The position numbers and the translations under genes were made by a program. From Tilletiaria anomala UBC 951 (Eukaryota): 64,000 nucleotides of DNA. The notes below the pieces were generated by a model. The model did not search any database, was not told the DNA's origin, and saw only the letters and a list, made by a program, of their open reading frames with translations. Of the stretch, positions 26,482 through 39,162 are shown one piece after another. The stretch covers positions 62,001 through 126,000 of the forward strand of contig NW_013547015.1 in assembly GCF_000711695.1 (NCBI RefSeq), written 5' to 3'. How positions within the stretch are numbered: the first letter of the stretch is position 1; each line of letters begins with the position of its first letter.

Positions 26482-26591
26482 TTGAGTTCATGTCACCGTA
26501 TGTCCACGGTATCACAGCGCATTTCAGCCCGCCACAAGCTGCGAGGGTTAGTGATAGCGCCGAATGTACATTACATTGCACCTGCTGACGC

Positions 26592-27962
26592 TCAGAAAGA
26601 CTGGTCTCTCTTGCCCATGTCCCATTCACGTGTCTTGGGATATCGCATTTCTATGAGCTCTGTGCTAGAAGTAGGCTTGCGGCTGTCGCTAGCCTCTTCT
26701 CTGACACTTTGCAGCTTCGACCGATGCGGAGACGGAGAAGGCGATCGAGAGGGGAGAATATCACTGTGATCGTGCCCGTGGGTTCGATCTCCTCGTTCGC
26801 TGTCTCTGCTTCGTTTTTTACTCTCCTTGTGCCTGTCCCTGCCTGAACTTCCCTTGCGTTGACTCGTTGCACCATCGTCCTCGCTGCTGCTGGAGGCGCG
26901 AGACCGGCGCTCCCTCCTCCTACGTCTCTCCTCGCGTCTCGCTTCCTTCTCACATCGCCTTTCCTCTTTCTCCAGCCGCCGCCGCTCGGCCTTCGCATCC
27001 TCTTTCTCAAGGATGACGCTAAGCATTTGATCCCAGCCGGCATCGCCTACAAGGCCTGTTCTTGGGTCTGTGACTGCTTCGATCGAGTCTCTTCCAATGT
27101 CGAGACGCGGATCGTAGTCTGCGGCAAAATACTTATCCATCTTGGACGGTGGCAGATCTGCAGAATGGCTGACATTGCCTCTTTCGGGGAAAATGTCCCT
27201 GGCAGAAGTCTTTCTCGGTGGCGGTGATGCAGAGCGGGACCCGCCTCGGTAACGGTGGCGTCGTGGCGCAACAGCATCGCGCGTCCGCTCTTCGGAACGG
27301 TCCCGAACGCCATGTCTTGATCTTGGCATACTGGATTGAGCGGGTTTAGCGCCCCTAGGATCGTCAAAGATCACTTCCCGACTGTGCTCTGAATCTTCTT
27401 CATCCGAAAATGCTCGCATCTTGCCTCTCGCTTTGGCATCTGAATGGCCCATTCGAGTTGACATTCGCGTTGACGGTTGTCGAGGATGTCCATTTTCCGG
27501 CACACGGCCCAAAGCCCTCGTGCAGCGATTCGGTCCTTCTTGTGAACGATTCAAAAGGTCTTGTCTTTTGGGGCTGCTTTGAAAAAAGGTCAGGTCGCTG
27601 TCACCGTGCTGCTCCGCCCGTGTCCGCTCGCGCTGTCCTGCATGTGCTTCCTTTTCGAGATGGCGAATCACAGAACGATTGTGGCCTTCAGTCGCGCGGA
27701 TCAAGTTACTCAAAAACTGCTTATTGGTGGGAGCAGCTCGAGTTGTCGATGGCTCCTCCCGAGCGTTGCGCGACGAACTGATGGTTGGATCATTGCGCTG
27801 CTTGGCCTCTTTCGCGATCAGGTCCGCAATGTACCTGTCCAAATCGTCGCCTTTGAGGCCGGGTGGGATGGATGAAGCATCCTGCCCGAGCGAGGAGCGC
27901 ACAAGGTTGGACACGACATCTGAGAGGTGGGATCGCGGCCTTGTGTTGCCTTTTGATGTCAT
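26592..27962 (-). CDS. hypothetical protein, Arg/Ser/Glu-rich, probably nuclear
   Basis: Intronless ~456 aa ORF with conserved-looking blocks (DLDRYIADLIAKEAK, NKQFLSNLIRATEGHN, SKMDKYFAADYDPRLD, REWDMGK) and RS/charged tracts. Confidence 0.75.
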   Translation of the reverse strand: MTSKGNTRPRSHLSDVVSNLVRSSLGQDASSIPPGLKGDDLDRYIADLIAKEAKQRNDPTISSSRNAREEPSTTRAAPTNKQFLSNLIRATEGHNRSVIRHLEKEAHAGQRERTRAEQHGDSDLTFFQSSPKRQDLLNRSQEGPNRCTRALGRVPENGHPRQPSTRMSTRMGHSDAKARGKMRAFSDEEDSEHSREVIFDDPRGAKPAQSSMPRSRHGVRDRSEERTRDAVAPRRHRYRGGSRSASPPPRKTSARDIFPERGNVSHSADLPPSKMDKYFAADYDPRLDIGRDSIEAVTDPRTGLVGDAGWDQMLSVILEKEDAKAERRRLEKEERRCEKEARREERRRRRERRSRASSSSEDDGATSQRKGSSGRDRHKESKKRSRDSERGDRTHGHDHSDILPSRSPSPSPHRSKLQSVREEASDSRKPTSSTELIEMRYPKTREWDMGKRDQSF

Positions 27963-28546
27963 GTTGGCCACATTAAGGATCTATCCCCTTCAATATACGA
28001 GATAAGAGAAATGATCAGGTCGTGTCACACGCTGCTCCTCGTGATCAATGATCGCCAGTCGTTTGCAGAATTGAAAGTCAAAGAAGGGCTTGTAGGGTGG
28101 CAAACATATCATCTTGCAACCCAAGCATCGGTACGCAATGGCCCACTGAGGGTTTGATCTCCCAATGACGCTTGAAGATTCGGGTCGACCAGATCATCTT
28201 CGATCTCGGCGACTCGGGCCATCTGAAGCACAGCACTCAGATCAGTTGTATAATGAGCGTCGCGGGACTCGGACTCCAGGCGTCGAGCTTTTGCCGTTTC
28301 GCGTCTCTCAGCTCATATCCTATCTTGGCTCTCTTTTCGCGCGGCAGGGAGACCTCGGCATCTTTCGAATGTAAGCTCGGCATCTTGATTCAAAAATTGC
28401 CTCCGAAAAACAGACATCTCCAATAAACCGTTTCTCAACTGGCTTTCTAACATTATGCTCCTTGATGCGAACGTGGCGTGGTCATCGCGTTCTCTACTCC
28501 AGGACCACGATCGCACGAGGAGGTACAAGAGCGACTGTCTAACAAG

Positions 28547-29497
28547 ATGGACGCTCCACTACAAGCTTACACTGAAAGCAGCCAGCGAAATGGCCGAACC
28601 GGTCCGTCTGCGCACAAGTCAAAAGGCAAGGGCAAGGGGAAAGGCAAAGCAAGCTCAGCACGTCCAGCCGGCCCGATCAAATACAGCAGGAGCGCCAGGC
28701 GCGTGAACACCGTGACGTTCGACGATGCGGCGCGCGCAGAATACCTCTCTGGGTTCCACAAGCGCAAAGTCCAGCGCAAGGAGAAGGCGCGCAAGTATCT
28801 AGAGGAGCAAAAGAAGATCGAACTTAAGGAGAATCGGCGAGAAGCTCGGGAGGCGCGGAAGGAACAGGCCAAGGAGAACGTCAAGGCTGAGCGGGCGCTT
28901 TTCGGTGATGCGTACGAAGGAGGGCTAGGAGAGGAGGAGGATGGCAAAGGCGGCAACGAGGTAACACCAGAAGGTCCAGAAGAGGAGTACGATTCAGATC
29001 AACACTTCACTTCTGTCGTCGTGCAAGATTGGGATCCGGATGCAGATCCAGATGATGCAGGGCCTTCGAAAAATGCTGCACAGCCGGTGTTGACGTCTAG
29101 CAACGACCCGGCGAAACGGCGAAAGAATGGGAGGGAGCACAAAACAGTGCCACCGGCCAAGCCAGCGACAGCGGCCATTTCTGACCTCATCGAACCAGAA
29201 GCAGAGTCAATACTGCGTGAAGCAGATCAGATTCTCTCGCAGCACCAAGCGCATTTGGCTGATGCGTCGTCCTCCAGCAAGCCAAAGGCATTCCACTATG
29301 AGACGGCGGCCGAGCGTGCGGCGAACCGATTAAAAGTGCGTGAGAAGAGAGCCAAGCAAGCTGCCAAGCGCAAGGAGGAGAACCGCGAGGCGCTCAAGGC
29401 AGGATCGAAGAAGGGCAGCAGCAAGCTCAAAAAGGCGGGCAAGCGAGGGAAGGGCGGGATCGGCAGCGGCGCCAAGAAAAAGGCCAGCAAGTCGTAA
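28547..29497 (+). CDS. RRP17: Rrp17/Nop25 (nucleolar protein 12) family rRNA-processing protein
   Basis: VTFDDAARAEYLSGFHKRKVQRK followed by a coiled coil, an acidic tract and a Lys-rich tail. Confidence 0.85.
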   Translation: MDAPLQAYTESSQRNGRTGPSAHKSKGKGKGKGKASSARPAGPIKYSRSARRVNTVTFDDAARAEYLSGFHKRKVQRKEKARKYLEEQKKIELKENRREAREARKEQAKENVKAERALFGDAYEGGLGEEEDGKGGNEVTPEGPEEEYDSDQHFTSVVVQDWDPDADPDDAGPSKNAAQPVLTSSNDPAKRRKNGREHKTVPPAKPATAAISDLIEPEAESILREADQILSQHQAHLADASSSSKPKAFHYETAAERAANRLKVREKRAKQAAKRKEENREALKAGSKKGSSKLKKAGKRGKGGIGSGAKKKASKS

Positions 29498-29810
29498 AGA
29501 GCGACTCTTTTTTCCATCTTGCTTCACAATGCTGTTTATTTGTCACGCGCGCAATAATGATCATCACGCGGCAGTCTCTCGCCTGCGTTCAAAACGATCG
29601 TAGGTTTGCTTTCGAGTACATGCTTCAGATTGGGGTCTGAGGAGGATACTGTTTGAATAGTTTACAGTTGGTTCGCCAAGGGTTGGATCGCGTTAGGAGC
29701 GGTCATGGGGGTTGCATGCATGTGAACAATCGATAAGAGGGCGCATAGTAAAGGAGGGCTGTGAAGGATCGGGCATGCGCATATCACGAGAGATTATGTC
29801 CTCAAGATCG

Positions 29811-30757
29811 TCAGAAGCCTTCCTCCATGTTGGCAAATTTGCCAAATTCGACACTTCGCCACGGGGCATGCGTTTCCGCCTCGTCATCGAGGTCAGCGAG
29901 GTACGATTGCATTTGCTTGCTGCCTACCGGCGCCGAGGCGGCGCTGCGGCTGAAGGGAGCGCGAGGATGGTGCTGTAGCGTACGGCCGGCGCTAAAGGGG
30001 TGGGCACGCGTCGATACTGGTGGAGCGAACGATTTGGTATGTGCAAAAGAGCGTTTGGGCAGCGATGAGATCGTGCGTTGCTGTGAATTTGCGTCTGCCT
30101 CCATTTCCGAGCCGTTGGACGAGTCTTGTGTCGAGGGTGGTGATGAGTTCCTGCGTGCGGTCAAAAGACTGATAAGTACAGCTGGAGGGAGTTGAGCCAT
30201 TGGCTCGGCGATGCTTACTCTTCTTCTTCCTCGGCCCATCGTGCGAAGACCGAGTCCTTATCGTCTTCGCCTGAAGCGTCGCGCGTGCGCTTTGGGAGGA
30301 CAGGCATCACGCTGACCTGATCGAGCTCATTTAAGGTACCCAGCTCCTCCTTCTGCCATGCCCACGGGGCCGAACGCTGTCTGCCGTAGCCCCCTTCCAC
30401 GTCCGCCACGTTGGCCAAGGGCTGGACCTCTCCGACCCGTTGATCAACTGGCATGCTCTGCGTTCGCGCAAACATCGAGCTGCGCTCATTCAGCCTTTGC
30501 AGAAAGGAGCCATGGTCCTCGAAAATGGCGTGACTTGCGGTCGAAGCAGCGCTTGTGCTGGTATTGGAAGGCGACTTGTAGCCTTGGTGAATCCGGAAAC
30601 GGATATTGGCAGGATAAGTGTGCAGCCGTTCGAAGAGATCTCGCTCAATCCGATTGTTGGCCGTTTCCGAGCCGGTGTAGGACCCCGCTGGCAGAGAGGA
30701 GAGCGGGGAAGAGACGGCGGGCCGCAGGGCTTGGCGCTTGTCGATATGTTGATCCAT
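29811..30757 (-). CDS. low-complexity protein, possible Spd1/Dif1-type ribonucleotide reductase inhibitor
   Basis: Two ORFs joined in frame by intron 30218-30151 (GTAAGC..CAG). LHTYPANIRFRIHQGYKS resembles the Spd1/Hug-domain motif. Confidence 0.6.
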
Positions 30758-31711
30758 CTCGTAGATGAGCACCCACGCTGAAGGTTTCACCAATGTTCAG
30801 CGAGGTCCTCGCGTTGGCTGGTCCCCACGAATGAGCCTTGGGAGCTATTTACCTCGACATTGGCTTGGGCTGAACTCGACAGGGGGGATCGTGACGAATC
30901 AAAATGAGAGGCGAAGAGGTGGCGAATGTGTCGCGACGCGCCTGCTCCGCTTCCGCGAGCACACACCCTTACGCGACGTGTCACAGTGCCGTCACGTAGC
31001 GAGCACTTGCAATTCTGTCAGTACAGCAGGGGCCAAGATGCCAGGGTTGGGTGTTTGTTCCCTTGCAGGTTATTAAAGGCTCTCGTAAAGAGCATTGTAG
31101 GTGGCCCCTGAGTGGAGTGTCTGGATGTCGAACTACTTCACCACATGTGCTCCAGAAAGATACCTACCTGCGCCAACGCTGTCCGTATGCGTGAACTGGC
31201 CGCCTGCACCCCCTGCGCCGTTGCCTCTGGTCTGCGTCTGCGGCAAGGAGGGGACGCACGGAGGGCAAGTCTCAGCCAAGTCATATTTGTCCTTGCTTGT
31301 TGCCAATCGCGGCCAGACCCAGCTAACTTTTGTTCTGTGGTTGCCCTCTCCACGGCCAAGGCGCTTCTTCTGCCCACCCGCAGCCAGGCCTGCAGCAGCA
31401 ATCATAAAGCAGCAGGGATAAGCCATCTGACTCGGGCGTTCAGGTTTGGCTGTACCAGCCGGCGCGGGGTGTGATCTCGGTTCCGGCTGCTCTCACTACC
31501 GCATTGTCGCAATGGTTCGCAAGCGTGAAGTCCGTTTAGGCATCACTGCCGAACCCAACCAGGAGGTTCTTCAATGCAGATTATCATGAAACTGAATGCT
31601 ACTCATAAGAGCAACGCCCATAATACATATCATTTAGAGGATCAATGGCTGAACAAACCAGCTCGGGCAGGGAAGAGGGCGGGGAAAAACAAAAGATATG
31701 TGCTGGAAGCA

Positions 31712-33242
<1,531 letters not shown>

Positions 33243-34044
33243 CTTTTCCGGCCTGTACTATGGAGTATTCGTCTGCCAAGCGTCAGGTGGAGGGGCTGAC
33301 TGATAATGTCGGAGCTGAACGTGAAGAGCGCGGAGCCGCCTCGAGCTTTGGGCGAGCGCAACTAGCTGATCAATGCAACACTTCGTTTCAATCGGTCAAG
33401 AGGAACTTCAAGCGCAAATAATACCTGAAGACGTGCCCTTCAATGGTTCTTCTGTGCTTGCAATGTACTATAAGGACGGTAGAATGTGTGCAATACAAAT
33501 CCAGGGAGAAACGATCGACGTCTGGACAAGCTGCGACGACGATACCTGACGCTTCACACCGCAAAGTGCTGGGAGCAGCGGGAATTGCATTCGAGGGTTG
33601 TGTGTTGCATAGTGTGCGCCGTGATGGGGTGGGGCGCTGGGCGCCGGGGTTCCTTGTGGCTTAGGCACTGTTAACCGCGCTGCCCTGCCCGCCCCGCCCA
33701 GCCGCCCCAAGCGCTCAGGAGAGGCGCTGCCGTAGCGCTGCTAAATTCGGGGACCATTCTCGCTCATGGCTAGTTATTCGGCTTACTTACCGAGAGCGCG
33801 CCCTCTTCTCAGTCGAGGTGGAGAAGCAATGGAGCAAGGTATTATCGACACTCCATCAATTCATCAAATGCGTGGCCGCGACATGTAGAAGCATATACAA
33901 TGACTGGGAGGCTTTCGCACAGTTGACAACCGTGAGGGCTGTTAGCCCGAGCAACTGCGGACGCAGCCTCAACCTGGCAGGTATAAAGCCTTAGAATGCC
34001 CTCTGCTGAGCCGGGCGTGACAGCCTCTGCGGCTGCGAAGACCT

Positions 34045-36623
34045 TTACTTGTGTCGTATTCTTCGGACAAGCCTCTTGCAAGGCTCAATGGCTGCACGCG
34101 AGAAAGCGGGCGCCAGCGCAATGGATGCGCCTATCCGGACGGGAAAGAGAAGCTGCGTATGCGGAATAAATCAGCAGGTTTTGGGCGTCAGGTCTCCTGC
34201 AACAAAGTGGCATATGGGGATTCGGAACTACTCGCCTTGATAATGACGTAAGCAGCAACTGCGTCTGCAAAGGCACCGGCCAGTACTTTGCTGGCCCCTG
34301 CTCCCGTTGCTTGATCCTCGTCGGTTGGCGCAACATCCTTCTGGAAGCCAAAGTACCCTTTTCGTCGTCCATACTTCTCCGCACGTTTCATGCCCTCGTC
34401 CAGCCAATCCTGCAATTTCGCTGTCAGCCAGAAGTGCTGTACTGGTTCGGCAGCGCCGCTTCCAAAGGTGGCCTTGTCTACAGCGTCTGTGTCGAGTTGC
34501 ATGAGGCCGGGAAAGAGCCAATGGAGCACTGTCGCGCCTATCCCGAGAAAAGAAAAGAAATAGAATAGCACCACCAATGGCAACACGGCTGTCAATTCGT
34601 GGAGGATGAGGAGTGCCATCACCAGGCTGGCGGGATCGGTCCCAGTACGCTCAGCAAGAGCACGAACATGAGTAATGGCAGACCTGATGGGAGATTCCTT
34701 TGGCTTGTGCGAGGAAGCGCTGTATGAGCGCCTTGGTATTCGCGGGATCTCGCGTGCTTGAAGGGGGGCGGCGTATGGCAGGTTGCCAATAAACGGTCGC
34801 GCACCGATGCGCCCAAAGTACGGCTGCAATGGCCCTGGCAGCCACTCGACATTTAAATCTGCCTCTCCTCCTAACCAGAACTTCCGAAGGCAAATTGGGA
34901 GGCGCAACCTGCCACCTTCTGCTCTCCCGTAATTCTCGAGCAGTGCCACGACGAGTCTTGGGATCGCAGCGGCTGTCCCGTTGAGAGTGTGCGCAAAGTC
35001 TGCCTTGCCATCGCTGTTGCGCGTCTTGTGCTTGATGTGCAGGCGACGGGACTGGTGGTCGGTGCAGTTGGAAGCAGAGCTGATCTCACCCCAGCTTCCG
35101 CGTCCTGGCATCCAAGCTTCGATGTCGTACTTGCGGTATGCGCTCGCGCCGAGCTCCTCAGATGGCATGTTGAGCACGCGATATGGGATTCCGAGCGAGC
35201 TGATGATATGTTCTTGCAAGCTTCGAAGCTCCTCTAGTATCTCGTCTGACTGTGAGGCATTGCAGACGACAAAGAGCTCGGCCTTTGCGAATTGGTGTAC
35301 GCGATAAAGACCGCGCGTGTCGGCGCCACGGGCACCGGCTTCGGCACGGAACGAGTGAGACAATGCCACGACCCGCAGCGGTAGCTGCTGCTGGCTCAAT
35401 GACGAGGATCCGGAAGATTGCGCTGTAGTCTCTGTCGCGCTCGATGATTTTCCCGTTTGCAGAGGCGCGGGGAAAGTGCGGCCGGCTAGCAAGGCGGCGA
35501 TCGAGATTTCAGCCGTACCCACGAGGCACAGCTCCTCTCCAGAAGAATCTGTACGGCTCGTACTGACAAAGTACGTCTGACTCGCCTGCTCGTCTCGAGG
35601 GTTGAAGCCGCAGCGTGCCGCAATGTCCGTCTTGACCACCTCAGGCGGCGAGACAAGCACGAAGCCGCGATCGCAAGCTGTGGCCAATGCGTATTGAGCA
35701 ATGGCGTGCTCGAGCATGGCGATGGTTCCGAGTAAAAAGGGCCATGATGACCCAGTGGAGACGACACCGGAGCGCAGATCAATGCCACCGTGGCCACCTA
35801 CAACGCCGTCCGCGACAGCCAGGTGGTCGGGCGCGGTGTCTCTCTCGATGGGGGAGGGATCTGCCTCCGCGATGGTTGCATTCATATGTTTGTCGAAGCC
35901 TTTGGGTAGCAGATGCGCAGGCCCTCCAATACCTACGATACGAGCATTCGGCTCAGGTCCTCGCGGCGTGTCACGATGGGTTCGATTTGGCAGTCGAAGT
36001 CGGAGCTCGAGGCTGCGTGCCAGCAGCTCTTCTTGTTCCTTTGCCATTTCCTTTCCTTCTTTCCTTGCATCAGCTGCTTCACTCTGCGCCTGTTGTAAGG
36101 TCATTTCTAGCGTGACCTCTTCTTTGTCCGCCTCCTTGCTGTCTGCCTGCTCTTTCGCTCGCATCTGCAAAGCCCGCACTGCCAAACCAAGTGTCTTTTG
36201 CTTGGCCGAAACAGCCGCATGGCGCTCCTGCAGGAGCTTGGAGCGCTGTCGCAGGTACCGAAGCTCCTCGAAATCTTCTGGTCGGAATGCAGCTTTGCGC
36301 AGTGCCACTTCCTCCGCCGCGGCAAGTAGGTCGGGCTCGTTCCAGGACCAGTTTGTGCCTGGTACAGGAAGCCGCGGCGGCCCGGCGCCTGCAGGAGTGT
36401 TACAGCCCATGTTGTCGTCGGCCTTACTGGCATATAGCCGGCGCTGACCCACGGGCTTTGCCCGGTTCGTTGACGAAACGGTCCTGCATTGGCAGACACA
36501 TGCTTGAGCAGTCGGAGGCCGCAACGTGGAAGGGGTGGAAGATCCGAGGTGGTTCCAAGAGCCAAGTCGTCGCGACGGCCGAGCTTCGGCGCGAAGAAGG
36601 TCAGACAGGCTTCGGAGAGCCAT
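34045..36623 (-). CDS. DIA4: mitochondrial seryl-tRNA synthetase fused to a FLILHELTA (Mrx11-like) membrane domain
   Basis: Class II SerRS motifs (LVGTAEI, FRAEAG..TRGLYRVHQF, YRKYDIEAWMPG, EISSASNCTDHQSRRL, HTLNGTA) and a presequence-like N-terminus. The same frame continues into LLILHELTAVLPL. The last exon follows a GC-AG intron at 34235-34153. Confidence 0.88.
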
Positions 36624-36925
36624 ACTCAGCACAAGCGAGTATGCGGTGCATACCCCGTTGAGAGTCGGCTCAGAGGATTGAGTGTGCTGTAGGTACTCAA
36701 ATGCGAGAATGAAGAGCCAGAAATAATGCCGAAGACACGTCTCGCGGGTGTTTGGCCGCACATCGCGTCACAATTAACACCACACGCCAAGACGTCTTTT
36801 TCTCCAACTTCCTAAGCCGATCCGGAGGCAAACAGGAAGGTGGTGCATGAGGCAAATAAATCTAGCAGCATTAATCGTGTATGATCAAGTACAAATGGAT
36901 CTCTAGACAGAAGCCTGTATGCAGT

Positions 36926-39162
36926 CTATCCTCGCACCCGCGCCAGCGCCCGAGGGAACGTGAACCAATCCTCGAGGGCGCCTCTCCCTCTGGAGGCAAC
37001 GCCTTTCTTGACGCCATGCATGATCTGCGAAGCGTGCGATCCGCCGAAGCTGAAACCAAAGCCGCCACCGCTAATACCGCTGCCGGTACTGGTAACGGCG
37101 CCGTGCTGGTGGCCCATGTACACCCACGCGAGCACCACGACAGCCGAGAGCAGGAGCAGCGTCGTGCGATCCCCAAGCGCGCTTGCGAAGTCGTTCAGCT
37201 TGTCGCTCTTTCCTTTGCTGTATGGTGATGATGATGACGATGCTGATGGCGAAAACGTCGAGGGATGAGATGTGAATTTTGGAACGTTCGAACGCAGCTC
37301 GGTGAAGATGACCGGTAGCAGGACGACGCAAGCAGTGTAGAAGACTACGGCGCTCTTCACAAGTAGTGCTGGGTATTCGAGCAAAGAGGGCTTGGCCTTG
37401 CTCCCATTCGCAGCCGTCCGCTCGTTGGTGAACAGACACCAGATCGAGTACAGCGCGACGGAGAAGAAATGATAGACGAGCAGTAAAGGCTGTGGTGCGA
37501 GGCCCGAGAGCAAACGCACCGGCCCACCGACGCATTCGCCGCCGAGTTCAAAGTACTTGAAGCAACCCTCTCGAAGGACTTCAAGGTTCTCGTCTGTATG
37601 AACCGGATAGCGAAGTGTCAGCAAATGCAAACTTGGTCTATTCACGTGTGGGCTCAGTGAGCGTACCACTCACCATCAGCTCCAAAGAGGCTGTATAGCG
37701 CCTGTGCGAGAATGTTGATAACGCTCGCGAGTCCCTTGCGATTCCAGTGCCAAGCGCGAAGCGCTGGCCTGACCTGAGCGTCCCACTGGTCGAGTTTAAT
37801 CACCGCAGCCTGCGTTGTGGAAACAGCGTCGCCTTCAGAGGGGGGCCACTTCCCACCCCCAAGGGCGTTCGTGAGATGTACCACGTCCCAAAGGCCTACG
37901 GACATGCCGCCTGTAGATGAAAGGAAGATATATCTTTCGTGTCAGCTGTCAAGTCTGGGCGAACGGAATACAGGAAGCGACTCACCGCCTGTGAGAGGAT
38001 GCCGCATGTTCATGGCGTCGCCAACGACAATGACACCCTTCCTGTCGCTCCGCTGTCCTTGCATGCTTGGCGGCAAGAAGCTGTTCGGCATGCTCCGCAA
38101 CCGTTGCTTCTGCGCGTCGAGCTCAGCAAGTAGGTTCGCGCCCAGCGGTGTCGGTGCCGATGGCTTCGCCTGCTGCGGCCGATCTACGGCATGTGACGGA
38201 GTGTCAGGAAGGTAAGGCACGACATTATCGCGGATGTGCTTCTGCAGCTCGCCTTTGGCGGCGCTGGGGAGCTTCTCGCCGGGCACGTCGATGAGAATGC
38301 GCGTCATGGTGCTCGAAATCTGGTAGAGAAGGATCGGGCCCGATGGTGCAAGGACAACGTGCCCGTGCTTGGGCGCAGGCAGTGGGGCGTGTTCCAGCTC
38401 CAGGCCTACGAAGTTGGAGCGCACGATTGGTGCGATGGACGATCCGAATTGCCGGCGGAACTTGCTGAAGCAGCCGTCAGCAACGATGGTAATGGAGGCA
38501 CGCAGCTCCAATGCCTCGTCGCTGTTTGCACCAGCTTCTCTCACTTCTTCCGGCGAGTGTTGCGGTAGCTTGCGCGTGGCAGAGACGCCAACGATCTTAT
38601 TGCCGTCGGCAACGAGGTCCCTGACGGTCGCCTCAATAAGCGTGACGTTCTGTTGCGCCGATGCGAGAGTCCTGAGCGCCTGGACAAAGTTTCCGTGGTG
38701 GAAGCTGCGTCCCTCGACTTTGCCGCTGGCGCTCTCGATATGTTTGCCCTTGTCGTAGGCGAGTGCGCCGGCCTGGGCAGGGTAAGGGATGGGCACACTG
38801 CGCGGGCCATAGAAGACTTGGTAACCTTCAACGGGGATGGCGTCGATGTCGCGCAGTGCGTCCTGCAAACCGAGCATGCTGAGCGCCATGACGCCGCCTG
38901 GCTGCAGCAGCTCGCCGACGATGCGATCTGGGTGGGAGAGGTCGCGCTCGAGCAGGGCCACGCGCCGACCGGAGCGGGCGAGCGCAGAGGCGAGAGCGGA
39001 GCCGACGACGCCAGCACCAACAACGATCATATCGTAACATTGCGTGGAGAGCGCTTCACTAGAAGCCTGCGTCGGCATGACGGCGAAATGTGCGCTACCT
39101 ACGCCGTTGTGGCTGCTGCCTGAGGCAGCCGCCCGATTGCTGACGCTGGTCGAGGCAGTCAT
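36926..39162 (-). CDS. ERG1: squalene epoxidase
   Basis: GAGVVG FAD motif, DRIVGELLQPGG, GRSFHHG, DGCFSKFR, GDAMNMRHPLTGGGM. Introns 37985-37911 and 37673-37594; C-terminal TM helices. Confidence 0.95.

Noticed and set aside
31159..31170. ATACCTACCTG, resembling the U1 snRNA 5' end
   Set aside because: One mismatch, and no U1-70K/U1A loops or Sm site follow. It is better read as the reverse complement of a splice donor.
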